NCBI GenBank assembly: GCA_965222075.1
Contig: OZ244937.1
Span: 736,001-800,000, forward strand
Direction: 5' to 3'
Length of the DNA stretch: 64,000 bases
From: Candidatus Latescibacterota bacterium
Lineage (GTDB): Bacteria; Latescibacterota; UBA2968; GCA-2709665
How positions within the stretch are numbered: the first letter of the stretch is position 1; every line of letters begins with the position of its first letter. Of this stretch, positions 10,400 to 20,576 are shown one piece after another. The position numbers and the translations under genes were made by a program. Below the pieces are notes generated by a model that had not been told where the DNA came from, searched no databases, and saw only the letters and a program-made list of their open reading frames with translations.

Positions 10400-11347
10400 C
10401 TATTTCACGTTTTGTAGCCCCCGGTAGGCGAGGCCTGCGGCGATGCCAAAGGCGTTCTGCCGGGAGAGGAGTGGGCGCTGGGCTTCTGGAATGTGCCGGG
10501 TCTCACAGGCCGCAAAGGGCTGTAGCGGAGTCAGCTGCGGAGAGGAGGGGGCACGCAGCCGCCGGATCAGGTGGAGGGTGCGGTCCTGGTCGCCGCAGAA
10601 AAAGACCTGATTGTAAGCCCTGCGCCGGCGGTCCGGCGTTCGATCGCCATAGATCCAGCGTTGGGCCACCTTGAATATGTTTTGCAGGTCGGGCGAGTCC
10701 GGACCCTTTTTCACCTCGGCTGCGAGAGATGGCCCATCTGCGCAGACGGTTTCTGCGGCCACCAGCCTGCCTCCCTCGGCCGCCACAAAGGAGAGCCAGG
10801 GATATCCAAACAGGATCGCCGCATTGCGCCCGGACCTCCAGAGGTCGGCCATTTCGCAGGCGTAGAAGAGGGCCATCGGTTCGACTTCCAGGCTATTTGG
10901 TGAGATGCCTGCTTCGGCATAAAGGTCGGTGCAAAGGTCGAGGACTTCCCGCCGGACGGCCACCCAGAAGGCGGCGCGGCCGGTGGTGTGGAAGTCGATG
11001 AGGTAGTCCCTGGCCGGTGAGATCAGGGCCTGTGAAACCTCCCAGCCGATTTGATCCCGGCGGTCTTCCTCTGAGGCGACCTCGAGGGGGATCTTCTGGA
11101 TTTGAAAAAACCCCCCGCCAAGGGATGAGACCACCCTTCCCAGGTCGTCTCCAAAGCCCGAAAGGGTTTGTTTCAGGGCCCGGGCAATACGCTTGCGGGT
11201 GCTGTTCCGGAGGAGTTGCGCAGGCTGGAAGGCGACCGGCAGCTGGGCCTGGGCGATGGCGCACAGGCGGCACCCTGAGGGCGTGCGCTCTAAGGCGACA
11301 AGCCGAAGCGTGCGGCCGGTGAGATGGATGCCCGTGGCTTTGCTCAT
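10400..11347 (-). CDS. PilM-like (actin-fold) protein
   Basis: N-terminus GIHLTGRTLRLVAL, LEVEPMAL, FFCG, C-terminus FGIAAGLAYRGL, all resembling PilM. Confidence 0.6.
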   Translation of the reverse strand: MSKATGIHLTGRTLRLVALERTPSGCRLCAIAQAQLPVAFQPAQLLRNSTRKRIARALKQTLSGFGDDLGRVVSSLGGGFFQIQKIPLEVASEEDRRDQIGWEVSQALISPARDYLIDFHTTGRAAFWVAVRREVLDLCTDLYAEAGISPNSLEVEPMALFYACEMADLWRSGRNAAILFGYPWLSFVAAEGGRLVAAETVCADGPSLAAEVKKGPDSPDLQNIFKVAQRWIYGDRTPDRRRRAYNQVFFCGDQDRTLHLIRRLRAPSSPQLTPLQPFAACETRHIPEAQRPLLSRQNAFGIAAGLAYRGLQNVK

Positions 11348-11736
11348 GGGCTGGTTACCGTTATCAGAGGCCTGAGGCGTTCGACCGTTTTGGGGCCAAC
11401 ACCCTGCACGGCGGTGAGGTCTTCCAGGCGACGGAAGGGCCCGTGCTGCTTGCGGTATTCCACGATCCGGCGTGCGGTTTTCGGGCCGATCCTGGGGAGG
11501 CGCTGGAGGTCTTTTTCCAGGGCCCGGTTCAGGTCGATCAGGGCGGTGTGGGTCGGCATATTCTGCGCAGTGTCCGGGACGGTCTCCGAAGGAGGGGCAA
11601 CAGCCCCTTTTCGGACCTCGAAGTCCGGCGTGCGGTCGGCTGCGTAGCGGCTTACAAGGCTGACTACCCCACCGATGAGGAGCGCCCCCGCAAGGAGGAT
11701 GAGGGCGATTTGTTCGTTGCGGTTGAAGGAGAACAT
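11344..11736 (-). CDS. comEA: ComEA-family helix-hairpin-helix DNA-binding protein (130 aa)
   Basis: N-terminal TM helix, then IDLNRA..LQRLPRIGPKTARRIVEYR..GPF..L..VQGVG; its ATG overlaps the sprA stop. Confidence 0.85.
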   Translation of the reverse strand: MFSFNRNEQIALILLAGALLIGGVVSLVSRYAADRTPDFEVRKGAVAPPSETVPDTAQNMPTHTALIDLNRALEKDLQRLPRIGPKTARRIVEYRKQHGPFRRLEDLTAVQGVGPKTVERLRPLITVTSP

Positions 11737-14700
11737 CAGTTGAAACGGATCTCGCCCCACAGCCGGAATTCCCAGGTCCTGTTGGTGAGTTCCCGGAGGC
11801 GGTCCATCCGGCTTTCGTGTCGAAGTTTGGCGCCGCCCGTAAACTGGCTGCTGAACCGGTATTGCGCGGCGAGGCTGCCCTGCCAGGTGCTTTCGCTGCG
11901 GCGGATGACCGGCTCGACCGGCTCTTCGGGAGCGGTGCTCTTTGGGAGTTCCTTTTGCAGGCTTGAGGATTTTCTGTAGCCCAGGTCGAGGTCGATGTTG
12001 CTTTGGAGCTTCTTGAAAAATTTCAGGGTATATTTGAGGTTGCCCTGGATCGCGGAACTCTCCTCCAGGGTGGTTCCAATCAGGCGTTCCTGGAGGGTAG
12101 GCTGCACGGTTGCGGTGTCGGCCGTTACATTGCGCTGATAGCGGAGGGCGCTTTGCTGGCTGCGGTTGCTCCGCACGGTGGTCGTCATCTGGTTTTTCCA
12201 CCTTCCCGACCAGGAGATGAGGGGGTTGTAGGCGGTCTTCCGGCTGTCGCCGGTCAGAGAGAGGGCCCCCAATCCCCCGTCTCCACCGCGGGTGTGGACA
12301 TTCTGGTAGCTGAAGTTGAAGTTGGAACTGGTGAGCAGCCACCGGAAGACCGGAAGGCGTTCCAGCCCTCTCCATCTGGCGCTCAGGTTGGGGAGCGTGA
12401 TACTTTCGTTTTCGGTGATGGCGTTCCCAAACTTTCGGCTGTGGTTGTAGCTCGCCGAGCCTTGCATGTTGACCCCCAGGGGGAGGCGGACGCTGCTGCT
12501 GAGGCTCGCCCGGTCCGTGGTTACGCGGGTGTTTATCCTCGTCACACCGCCGGTCCTGAACACCTCGACGTGGGCGGTGTCGGTGAATCCGAATTGAAAC
12601 TTAAACGGGGGACGGCTGCGGAGGCCGAAGAGGTTGAACGTCTTGGCCCGGGATGCGGTGGCCTGCAGGGGCGATAAGGACGCTCCGGCCCGTCCAATGA
12701 GGCGAAGGAGGGAGAACCCCTTTTTGGGGCGGCGGGCGAGGGGTTGGAAAAGGCTTGGAGTGTTCAGGCTGACGCGGACGTTTGTGTTGTTCGTGCTGTT
12801 GGTGGTCAGGCCCCGGCGCGTATTTCCATATACGGAGCGCTGTCCCCCGGTTTCGAGGTTTTCCCGGTACCGGGAGGCGTACTGGGTGCTGAAGGTGAAC
12901 CAGCGGGAAATCCGGGGCGAGTAGCCAAAGGAGACGTTCTGGTGCCGGTTGGTTTCACGGCCAAGCTGGAGCAGGGTGAAGGCGAAGCTGTTGCGCAGGT
13001 CCCGGTTGACGTTCAGGTCGTAGCTGGCGCTCAAGCTCTTGAAGGGGGTAAGCTTGAGGGCGTAGACCTCGGTGAGGCCAAAGGTCTCGTTGAGCGTGGC
13101 GATCACATCGGAGGTATCGCCGGTAACGGCAGAGAAGGAGCGTTGATCCCGAAGGCTGCGGTTGAACCGGACGTTGTAGCGGATGTTTGAGGGAAGGTAG
13201 AAGAGTTCGGCGTCTTTGAGGGATTTGAAGAAGGGCAGCCAACCGAAGGGCCGGAGCGATTTCCGCTGGGGCCAGTTGAGGTCGTAACTGAAGGTGCCGT
13301 TGAGGTTCTCGTTGCTGCTGGACTGCCGGCGGGTGATGGCCCCGGTCTGGGAACTTTGTGTGGAAAAGTTCAGCGAGGCGCTCATCCGGTCGAAAAAGAG
13401 ACGGGCCAGGAGCCGGGGGGCTTCCGGAGCGGCGCGTTTTCGGAGGGAGACGTTGAACCGGGCGCCGGTCCGGATATCGCTCTCCTTGGCCTTCTGCTGG
13501 GGGGTAAGGACGATGTCGGAGCCCCGGCGGATGCGGGGCACAGTGGTGTTGCGGTCGTAAGAAAAGCGGACCGGGACGGACGTGTGCCAGGACTTGGGCA
13601 GAAACTTGCTCAGGTTGAGCTGTGCATTCAGAGAGACCCGGGAGGTGGTGTTGCCGCTGGCCCGTCCCTGCAGGTCCTGAAAATCGCCGCTTTTGCGTTC
13701 GAGGTTGACCGAGAGGTTGCCCAGGTCGGCCAGGACGGTCCGGAGGTTCAAAAGCCCCGACAGGGCTCGTTTTTTGCGAATGTTGTCCAGGCGGAGTTCG
13801 TCAACCCAGATTTCGTTTTCTCCCTCCAGGATGCGATCGCTCAGGTTTCGGATGCCGAGGGTGAAGAATTTGATTTCGGAGAGGGCCGGATTCCCTCGCA
13901 CGACGTAGGTTTTGCCCCCCAGGTCGACTTCGATGCGGTTCACCTCCTTGCTGTAACGCGCCTGGAGGTCTCCCTTCTGCAAGGAGAGGCTGAGGGTGTC
14001 TGAGGAGGCCCGCCCGGACGTCCGAAGGTCGAAGAGCTGGCCCTTGAGTTGTGACATGAGTTCCAGGTCGATCTCGACGGTATTGACGTCTGGGGCCCAG
14101 CCGCGGTAGACCCGTGTCCGGTATTCATAGAAGTTGAGGGTATCTCCGCTGATGGGGGCAAACCGGAGGAAGAGTTCGATCGGGCTGAGGGTGCCGCCGA
14201 GGGTGTCACCTTGTGCTGGAAAATTCTGCTCGGAGGCCGGGTTGGAAGGATTCCCCCCATGCACGAACATGGTCATGGTGCCGTATTGGGTATAGTTGCC
14301 TCTCTGGAAAAAGGTGCGAGAGGCAGAGATGTGTTCGCCCGGGTAGAGGTCTTCGAATTTCAGGTCCAGTGAGCGTTCCAGCAGCCGAAGCCCCGTGGTG
14401 GGGTTAACCTCCCGCTCGAGGTCCGGCGGCGACTCGTATACGGCGTTGTCCGTCCCAATGCTGGCCACTTTGAAATCCCCCGACTGCTGGGTAAAGGGAG
14501 GCGGGTCTTCCAGCCAGTCGCTGCCTACGATGTCGAGGCTGTAGAGCTGGATGGAGGTGGTGGCGTTATGCTCAATCCAGAGCCGGGCAAAGTCGATGGC
14601 GCTTGCAAAGGTGGTGTCGGGCCCCCCCTCTTCGGTTCTGGGGGCCGTCCTGCCCCGCAGGGGGATGCGGATGAGCCGCCAGGGGCGGTCCGTGGGGTCG

Positions 14701-17700
14701 GACCGGGTACCCTCGACCAGTAAAGAAGGCCCGTTGTAGACGCCCGTTTCGGAGTTGAACCCCTGGTTCGTGCCCAGGTCGATGCTGTAACGCACAAAGC
14801 TGTTGCGGTCGTCTAAGATGCCGTTCCGGTTGAGGTCTTCGGTATCCGGAGTCGAGTCCCGTTCGGGGTTGTTTCCCTGGGTGCCGTTGACGCCGGAGGG
14901 ATAGCGCAGGAGGTTGGCTTCCTGGCGGAGGTCCACATCGGCGAAGTTGTCGCCGGAGGGGTCGGCGGGTGAGAGGGAGCCGGGATAGATGAGCTGGAAG
15001 ATCGAGTCCTCCTGGGCGTCGGTGAGTCCGTCCAGGCCGATGTCTTCTTCGGACGTGGCCACGTCGTCGCCCCTGGGGAGGCCGGGTAGCGGTTCGTCTT
15101 CGGTGCGGAAATCCCTGGGGGGAGGCGGGTTGTGGATGGGGTGGTCCAGCGGGAGGGCGACCCGCTCGGAGATCTCGCCCATGTCGATGTGAAGCCGTCC
15201 GGCGTTGCCGCGCACCCAGAGTTCGAGGAATTTGGATCGGGAGGGGTCAAGGCCGTCCAGGTATTGTGTGATTCCCGCCCAGGACATCTCCGGGAATCCC
15301 CCCTCTGTGTTGCGAGTCCTTTCGGGAAAGCCGTTGGTCCGGTGGGGGTCAAACCGGAGGTGCAGCGTTTCGACAATACTCTGTTCTGCGGGGATGTCGT
15401 CCCGGTTGGGCTGGATGCGGAAGATGGAAATCCGGTCGCGTTCCACCGGGTTGTACGATGTCAGCCTTCCCTTGGGGAGGAGAATGGTACTGCTGTTCAG
15501 GACGGGCGTGCTTGCAGAGGTCAAGGCACGTTTGTAGATACTGAAGGCTTGCCTGTCCTCGGTGCCTTCAAAGTCGTCGATGTAGGCGACCCCCCTGGTG
15601 TTGGGGTTGGGCAGGCTCTGGGCGACCTCCGCATCGATGGTGAGCGAGGAGGGTGTCTCGGTGGCCACAAAGGGGAGCTTGTTGACCATATCGGTGATGG
15701 CCTGAGGCTGAAGCCGGAACCGGGCATTGGCATCCCATATGATGGTTCGTTTGGGCTCTTCACCCACGCGCACGCGCGGTGAAGCGGCGCCCTGGCTGCC
15801 GTAGAGGAGGGTCAAGCCCACCCGCGAGAAGTTGTCTTTAAACGGGTGTTCGACGCGGATGCCCAGGAGGCTTTTCTGCCCTCCGAAGCCGCCGAACAGA
15901 CTTTTGCTGCTGTAGTTGATCGTGAGGTTGGCCGAGGGGTCGGAGGCCTGTTCGGCGGCGTCACCGATGATTTTGACGGTGCCGAACTGGTATTCGATAC
16001 TGTAGTCCTGGCCCCTGACGAGCCGCCGGTTGTTGAGGATGACCTCTTCAGTGTTTTCGATGATGCCGGGGCCTAAGTTGTACTGGGTGGCCCGGCTTTT
16101 GGACCGGATGCGCATAAAGAACTTGCTTTTTTCCCTCCGCGTGGTACTGTTGATGGTTGTGTAGATTTCCGGTGCCCGGGCGTTATTGTCCAGTTCTTCA
16201 ACGCCCACCCCCCTGGCCCCGAAAGGTTCTAAGGTGGAGAAGACGAGGTGCCCGTCGCGCAGGTTGAGACCGGGCAGGTTGTTCCCCCCGTCGATGTCGA
16301 TGATATTGTCCGGAGACGAGGACTCGGATGAGCCGTTGGTGTGGGTATCCAGGCCGAAGATCTGGAGGTAGGGTCTTCCGCTCTGGTTGTCAACGGGTTC
16401 CTGCCCCGGCACGTCCCGGAGGATCTGGAGTTCAAACCCCTGGGGTTCTATGTTGCGGCCGCTGAGGCTGTAGACGTTTCGCCAGGAGAGGTCCCAGGTG
16501 GGGAAGTCGGGGCGCTGCTGCCTGGCTTTGAGGAGCTTGAGCCTGATCCTGGTATCGGGGTTCTGTGGGTTGGGAATAAAGGAGAGGTCCCCAAAGGTTC
16601 GTCCATCCGCGGTGCGATAGGCAACGCCCAGGGCCCAGCCGGGGAAGACCCGGCCCCTGCGTATGATGAGGTAGCCCCTGGCGTCGACAAGGAACTGGTC
16701 GCGTTCCAGTTCGTGGAAGGAGCCTTCTTCAAGGCCGCCCCCTTGAGACTGAGACAGGGTTTCGTTGGGGGCGCCGTTGTCATTCCAGAAGGCGAAGGCG
16801 GCGCCGGGAATCGCCCGCTGTTCGATGTCGTTGATGTCGTTGAAGTCGTTGACGAAGACCCGCAGGGTATTGATGTCGACCAGGTCGCGGGCGGCAGGCT
16901 CATCCGGAAAGGCATCTCGATAGTCTCTGTCGAGGAAGAAGTAGACATCTTCGAGGTACTGAAAGTCCCGGATGTCGTTGGCGGTCTCCTCGGCCTGGCC
17001 CTGGAAGGTCTTGCGGTTGCTGGCGCCCTTGTCCTGGGTGGTAACAACCGTGAATTTCAACCCGCCCAGCCGGCCCCTGGTCTTGATCCCGAAGAGCCCC
17101 CCCCGATTCTGGGCGTTGAAACCGACCAGCCGTGTGTTGGGGAGGGTCAAAGAGGTGCTGCCGGCCTCAATTTCCTCAATAATGCCGTCTTCGTCGCCGT
17201 CGTATCGAAGTCTGAGTGTCTCGCCGATGTCGCGCTGGCTCCGGCTGTCTTCCTGAAGTTCGATGGAGATTCTGTCGCCGATGGTTCCCTGCACGTTCAG
17301 CTGAGACTCCTGTTCAAAGTTGACGGTAAACGGGGTCGGCCGGGTTCTGGCCGTCTGGGCCTGACCGCTGGTGGACCGTTTGGTACCGGAAAGGTCAATG
17401 CGGCGGGTGGTGGTGATATTGAGGTTGGTTTCTCCTTCTCCGGTGATGACGCTCAGTGCCTTGGGGACTTTGACCGGAATCTTGATATTGACGAGCCCGC
17501 CGCTCCCCCTTCTTGGGTCGCGCTTTGGTTTTTCCCCCAGCTTTGAGGCAATAAGACGCTCCTGGTCTTTTTGGTATTTATAAGCGACAAACTGGCCGAG
17601 CGGAATAACGGCCGGCAGGCCATAGATCCCCCCCGCGGCTTCCCGATAGACGAAGAGGGTCGTTGTTTCGCCGTCAAGGAGGCGGACGCCGGGTTTGATC

Positions 17701-17909
17701 AGCCGGCTTCTGAGTGTCTGGACGGGATCTTTTCCTGCGCGCCTGCCAGTGGAGGGGGAAGCGAGGAAGGCCTCAAGGGGAGCGTCCACGATGCTTTTGT
17801 CAATTCCAGGTGGCGCGGCATCCACGGGCACCATCGGGGTGCCCATGGCCACAAGACAAAGAAGGATGCATATGTCGTGCAGAGTCGGTCCTGGTTGTCT
17901 GGATATCAA
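11736..17909 (-). CDS. sprA: SprA-family giant outer-membrane beta-barrel (T9SS translocon homologue)
   Basis: 2057 aa with signal peptide; WDLSWRNVYSL, LVRGQDYSIEY, YIDDFEG, TEDLN.NG.LD, IWVDELRL; amphipathic strands; C-terminus EIRFN. Confidence 0.88.
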   Translation of the reverse strand: MISRQPGPTLHDICILLCLVAMGTPMVPVDAAPPGIDKSIVDAPLEAFLASPSTGRRAGKDPVQTLRSRLIKPGVRLLDGETTTLFVYREAAGGIYGLPAVIPLGQFVAYKYQKDQERLIASKLGEKPKRDPRRGSGGLVNIKIPVKVPKALSVITGEGETNLNITTTRRIDLSGTKRSTSGQAQTARTRPTPFTVNFEQESQLNVQGTIGDRISIELQEDSRSQRDIGETLRLRYDGDEDGIIEEIEAGSTSLTLPNTRLVGFNAQNRGGLFGIKTRGRLGGLKFTVVTTQDKGASNRKTFQGQAEETANDIRDFQYLEDVYFFLDRDYRDAFPDEPAARDLVDINTLRVFVNDFNDINDIEQRAIPGAAFAFWNDNGAPNETLSQSQGGGLEEGSFHELERDQFLVDARGYLIIRRGRVFPGWALGVAYRTADGRTFGDLSFIPNPQNPDTRIRLKLLKARQQRPDFPTWDLSWRNVYSLSGRNIEPQGFELQILRDVPGQEPVDNQSGRPYLQIFGLDTHTNGSSESSSPDNIIDIDGGNNLPGLNLRDGHLVFSTLEPFGARGVGVEELDNNARAPEIYTTINSTTRREKSKFFMRIRSKSRATQYNLGPGIIENTEEVILNNRRLVRGQDYSIEYQFGTVKIIGDAAEQASDPSANLTINYSSKSLFGGFGGQKSLLGIRVEHPFKDNFSRVGLTLLYGSQGAASPRVRVGEEPKRTIIWDANARFRLQPQAITDMVNKLPFVATETPSSLTIDAEVAQSLPNPNTRGVAYIDDFEGTEDRQAFSIYKRALTSASTPVLNSSTILLPKGRLTSYNPVERDRISIFRIQPNRDDIPAEQSIVETLHLRFDPHRTNGFPERTRNTEGGFPEMSWAGITQYLDGLDPSRSKFLELWVRGNAGRLHIDMGEISERVALPLDHPIHNPPPPRDFRTEDEPLPGLPRGDDVATSEEDIGLDGLTDAQEDSIFQLIYPGSLSPADPSGDNFADVDLRQEANLLRYPSGVNGTQGNNPERDSTPDTEDLNRNGILDDRNSFVRYSIDLGTNQGFNSETGVYNGPSLLVEGTRSDPTDRPWRLIRIPLRGRTAPRTEEGGPDTTFASAIDFARLWIEHNATTSIQLYSLDIVGSDWLEDPPPFTQQSGDFKVASIGTDNAVYESPPDLEREVNPTTGLRLLERSLDLKFEDLYPGEHISASRTFFQRGNYTQYGTMTMFVHGGNPSNPASEQNFPAQGDTLGGTLSPIELFLRFAPISGDTLNFYEYRTRVYRGWAPDVNTVEIDLELMSQLKGQLFDLRTSGRASSDTLSLSLQKGDLQARYSKEVNRIEVDLGGKTYVVRGNPALSEIKFFTLGIRNLSDRILEGENEIWVDELRLDNIRKKRALSGLLNLRTVLADLGNLSVNLERKSGDFQDLQGRASGNTTSRVSLNAQLNLSKFLPKSWHTSVPVRFSYDRNTTVPRIRRGSDIVLTPQQKAKESDIRTGARFNVSLRKRAAPEAPRLLARLFFDRMSASLNFSTQSSQTGAITRRQSSSNENLNGTFSYDLNWPQRKSLRPFGWLPFFKSLKDAELFYLPSNIRYNVRFNRSLRDQRSFSAVTGDTSDVIATLNETFGLTEVYALKLTPFKSLSASYDLNVNRDLRNSFAFTLLQLGRETNRHQNVSFGYSPRISRWFTFSTQYASRYRENLETGGQRSVYGNTRRGLTTNSTNNTNVRVSLNTPSLFQPLARRPKKGFSLLRLIGRAGASLSPLQATASRAKTFNLFGLRSRPPFKFQFGFTDTAHVEVFRTGGVTRINTRVTTDRASLSSSVRLPLGVNMQGSASYNHSRKFGNAITENESITLPNLSARWRGLERLPVFRWLLTSSNFNFSYQNVHTRGGDGGLGALSLTGDSRKTAYNPLISWSGRWKNQMTTTVRSNRSQQSALRYQRNVTADTATVQPTLQERLIGTTLEESSAIQGNLKYTLKFFKKLQSNIDLDLGYRKSSSLQKELPKSTAPEEPVEPVIRRSESTWQGSLAAQYRFSSQFTGGAKLRHESRMDRLRELTNRTWEFRLWGEIRFN

Positions 17910-18178
17910 ACCCCTACCTCGGGATGAGCGGATGGCGTGTTTTGAAAAGCGGGAAGTTGTGGTTGGATAACAGGTTAATCGCCGATGTGGCCGATAATAA
18001 TACCATACCCTCTTTGAAAGATCAAGAGAAAATGCCGGGGAAGCGCAAAGGCTATGGCATGGTGTCCTAACCCGAAAAGGGCTTTCCTGTGCGGGGGAAA
18101 AGGCGTATATTCCGTTTCAGGCAGTGTATATTTACTTTAACTCCTTTGTAACCATAAGGTTCCCTGTGGAGGTCCGGA

Positions 18179-19471
18179 ATGGTGCTGCGGTGGTATGTGC
18201 TGAGGGAGCATCTGGCGCCGTTTCTGTTCAGCTTTGCTGTGATTATGTTCCTCCTGGTGGTCGATCTGATCCTCCAGATGATCGACCTGATTTTGGGAAA
18301 AGGGATTGCCATCGAGGTGGTCCTCGAACTCTTTTTTCTGAATACGGCCTGGATGGTGGCCTTAGCCGTTCCAATGGCCGTGCTGGTGGGCACATTGATG
18401 GCCTTTGGGCGTTTGAGCGGAGATAATGAGGTTACGGCGATGCGCGCCCTGGGTGTTGGGCTGCAGCAGGTGGCCTGGCCGGTGTTTCTGGTTGGGGCGC
18501 TGGTCGGGATGCTTTTGATTGTCTTCAACGATCAGGTGCTGCCGGAATTTAACTATCGCGCGCGTCTTCTGATGTGGGACATTCAGCGAAAACGCCCTGC
18601 CGTGACCCTGGAGGAAGGGATTTTTATTCAAGATTTTGAAAACTACAAGATGCTTATCGGGCATATCGACGAGCGCACATCGGCCTTAAAGGATGTGGTG
18701 ATTTACAAGTATGAACCGGGAGGGTATCCCGTTGCGTTTGTGGCCGAGCGGGGGGCGGTGTTTTTTTCCGAGCAGGACGACGAGGCGCTTTTGACGCTTT
18801 ACAACGGGGAGACGCACCGGGTGGATGAGACCGATCCGGAGCTTTATGTACGGACGGTATTTGAGAGGATGACGCTGCGCCTTGGAGAGGCCGGGCGCCG
18901 GCTCTCCCGTACGATCTCGCATTACCGGACCGACCGGGAGATGGGGATAGGGATGATGCTGGAGCGTGTGGTGGACTACGAAGCGGAGGTGCGGTCCTTA
19001 CAGGCAGAGTCGGCAGGCCGGATCGGGGATTTTTTTTGCCGCTATTTTTTTGAGGATCCTCCCGGCGCGGCCCATACGGTCGACCTGGAGTTTCATGGGC
19101 TTCTGGCCCAGATTCAGGCCGATGCCGCGCTTGTGGGGCACAAACGGCGTGAGGCAGACCGCTACCGGGTGGAGATCCACAAGAAGTTCTCCATACCCGC
19201 CGCCTGCCTCACCTTTATCCTGGTGGGGGTGCCCCTGGGCGTGCGGGTGCGCAGGAGCAGTCCGGCCGTGGGGGCCGGAATCAGCATCGGGTTCTTTTTG
19301 ATCTACTGGCTGTGTCTTATTGGTGGAGAAAAACTGGCGGATCGGGGATTTGTATCGCCCTGGTTTGCGATGTGGAGCCCCAATATTCTGATCGGGCTGG
19401 TCGGGGGCTGGATGGTGGTGCACACGGTTTTTGAGCAGAGGCGATGGTGGGGGGGAGGATGCGCATCCTGA
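18179..19471 (+). CDS. lptF: LPS export permease LptF family
   Basis: GRLSGDNEVTAMRALG, EIHKKFSIP, W.PN. Confidence 0.85.
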   Translation: MVLRWYVLREHLAPFLFSFAVIMFLLVVDLILQMIDLILGKGIAIEVVLELFFLNTAWMVALAVPMAVLVGTLMAFGRLSGDNEVTAMRALGVGLQQVAWPVFLVGALVGMLLIVFNDQVLPEFNYRARLLMWDIQRKRPAVTLEEGIFIQDFENYKMLIGHIDERTSALKDVVIYKYEPGGYPVAFVAERGAVFFSEQDDEALLTLYNGETHRVDETDPELYVRTVFERMTLRLGEAGRRLSRTISHYRTDREMGIGMMLERVVDYEAEVRSLQAESAGRIGDFFCRYFFEDPPGAAHTVDLEFHGLLAQIQADAALVGHKRREADRYRVEIHKKFSIPAACLTFILVGVPLGVRVRRSSPAVGAGISIGFFLIYWLCLIGGEKLADRGFVSPWFAMWSPNILIGLVGGWMVVHTVFEQRRWWGGGCAS

Positions 19472-20529
19472 GTCGATACGTCCTGCGGCAGTTTCTTTCA
19501 CCGCTGGGGCTTTCCTTTTTGAGTTTTCTGGCGATCTTTGTGGTTGTGGACCTGGCGGACCGCCTCAGCGCTTTCTTAGACCGGGGCGTGGACGTCAGGA
19601 CGATTCTGCTTTATTATACCTGGTATATTCCCTACATCTCCGTGCTCGTCCTGCCGATGGCCATGCTGCTGGCCAGCCTGTTTTGTATCGGCGAGCTGGC
19701 CCGGCATCAGGAGTTGACGGCGATGAAGGCGGCCGGCATCAGTCTGTACCGAATCGTGCTGCCGGTTCAGGCCCTGGCCCTGCTGGTCAGTGTCGGGGCC
19801 TTTTTTCTGGCAGACCGGGTGATGCCCGAGGCCAATCGTCGCCGGATGGCGATTGAGCGGGGCGAAAATCCCATCTCACCGCGGGGGATTCGATCCCGGG
19901 TTGTACTTCGAGATGTGCATGGGCAGATTCTATCGGTAAGCAAATACGATCCGGAAGAGAAGCGAGGATGGCAGGTCACGCTGGACCAGTACAAAGGCCG
20001 GCGGCTGGTTCGCAAGGTCCGGGGGGAAGAGATGGTTTGGGAGGCGGGTGGATGGACGCTCTACAGGGGCGAACAGCGACAGTTCGGAGCAGAGGGCCGG
20101 GAGACGGTTTCCAAATTCGAGTCTATGCGCGCCGAGGGGGTGACCCTCCGCCCGGAGGACCTGATCCGGGAATCCCGCCCGGTTGACCAGATGCGCTATG
20201 GAGATCTTAAAGCATTTATTGGGCGGAAGGCCCGCAACGGAGAAGAGACCACCAGGGAGCGTGTGGAGCTGCACCTGCGGGTGGCTTTTCCTTTTGCCAA
20301 TTTTGTGATCGTTCTGTTCGGGGTGCCGCTTTCATCCAGGCCCCGCGGTACGGGGAAGCCCCTTCAGGTCGGGATCTGTCTCCTGGTTTCTTTTGTGTAC
20401 TACGGATGCATCCAGGCCGGGCGGGCGACGGGATGGAACGGCCTGCTTCCCCCGTTCTGGGCGGCCTGGGGCGCCAATTTTCTCTTTTTGGGGGTTGGGG
20501 GCGGGATGCTTTTTCGGGCGCATAAATGA
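19459..20529 (+). CDS. lptG: LPS export permease LptG family
   Basis: MRILSRY, ELTAMKAAGISLYR, AFPFA; tandem with lptF. Confidence 0.85.
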   Translation: MRILSRYVLRQFLSPLGLSFLSFLAIFVVVDLADRLSAFLDRGVDVRTILLYYTWYIPYISVLVLPMAMLLASLFCIGELARHQELTAMKAAGISLYRIVLPVQALALLVSVGAFFLADRVMPEANRRRMAIERGENPISPRGIRSRVVLRDVHGQILSVSKYDPEEKRGWQVTLDQYKGRRLVRKVRGEEMVWEAGGWTLYRGEQRQFGAEGRETVSKFESMRAEGVTLRPEDLIRESRPVDQMRYGDLKAFIGRKARNGEETTRERVELHLRVAFPFANFVIVLFGVPLSSRPRGTGKPLQVGICLLVSFVYYGCIQAGRATGWNGLLPPFWAAWGANFLFLGVGGGMLFRAHK

Positions 20530-20576
20530 ACAGGGGCCGGAAAGGCCCCCTGTGGTTGTTTTCTGAATTTTTCAGA

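Noticed and set aside
11737-12375. Long 343-aa comEA ORF from the ORF track
   Set aside because: The extension overlaps sprA in another frame and looks non-coding; the real start is 11736
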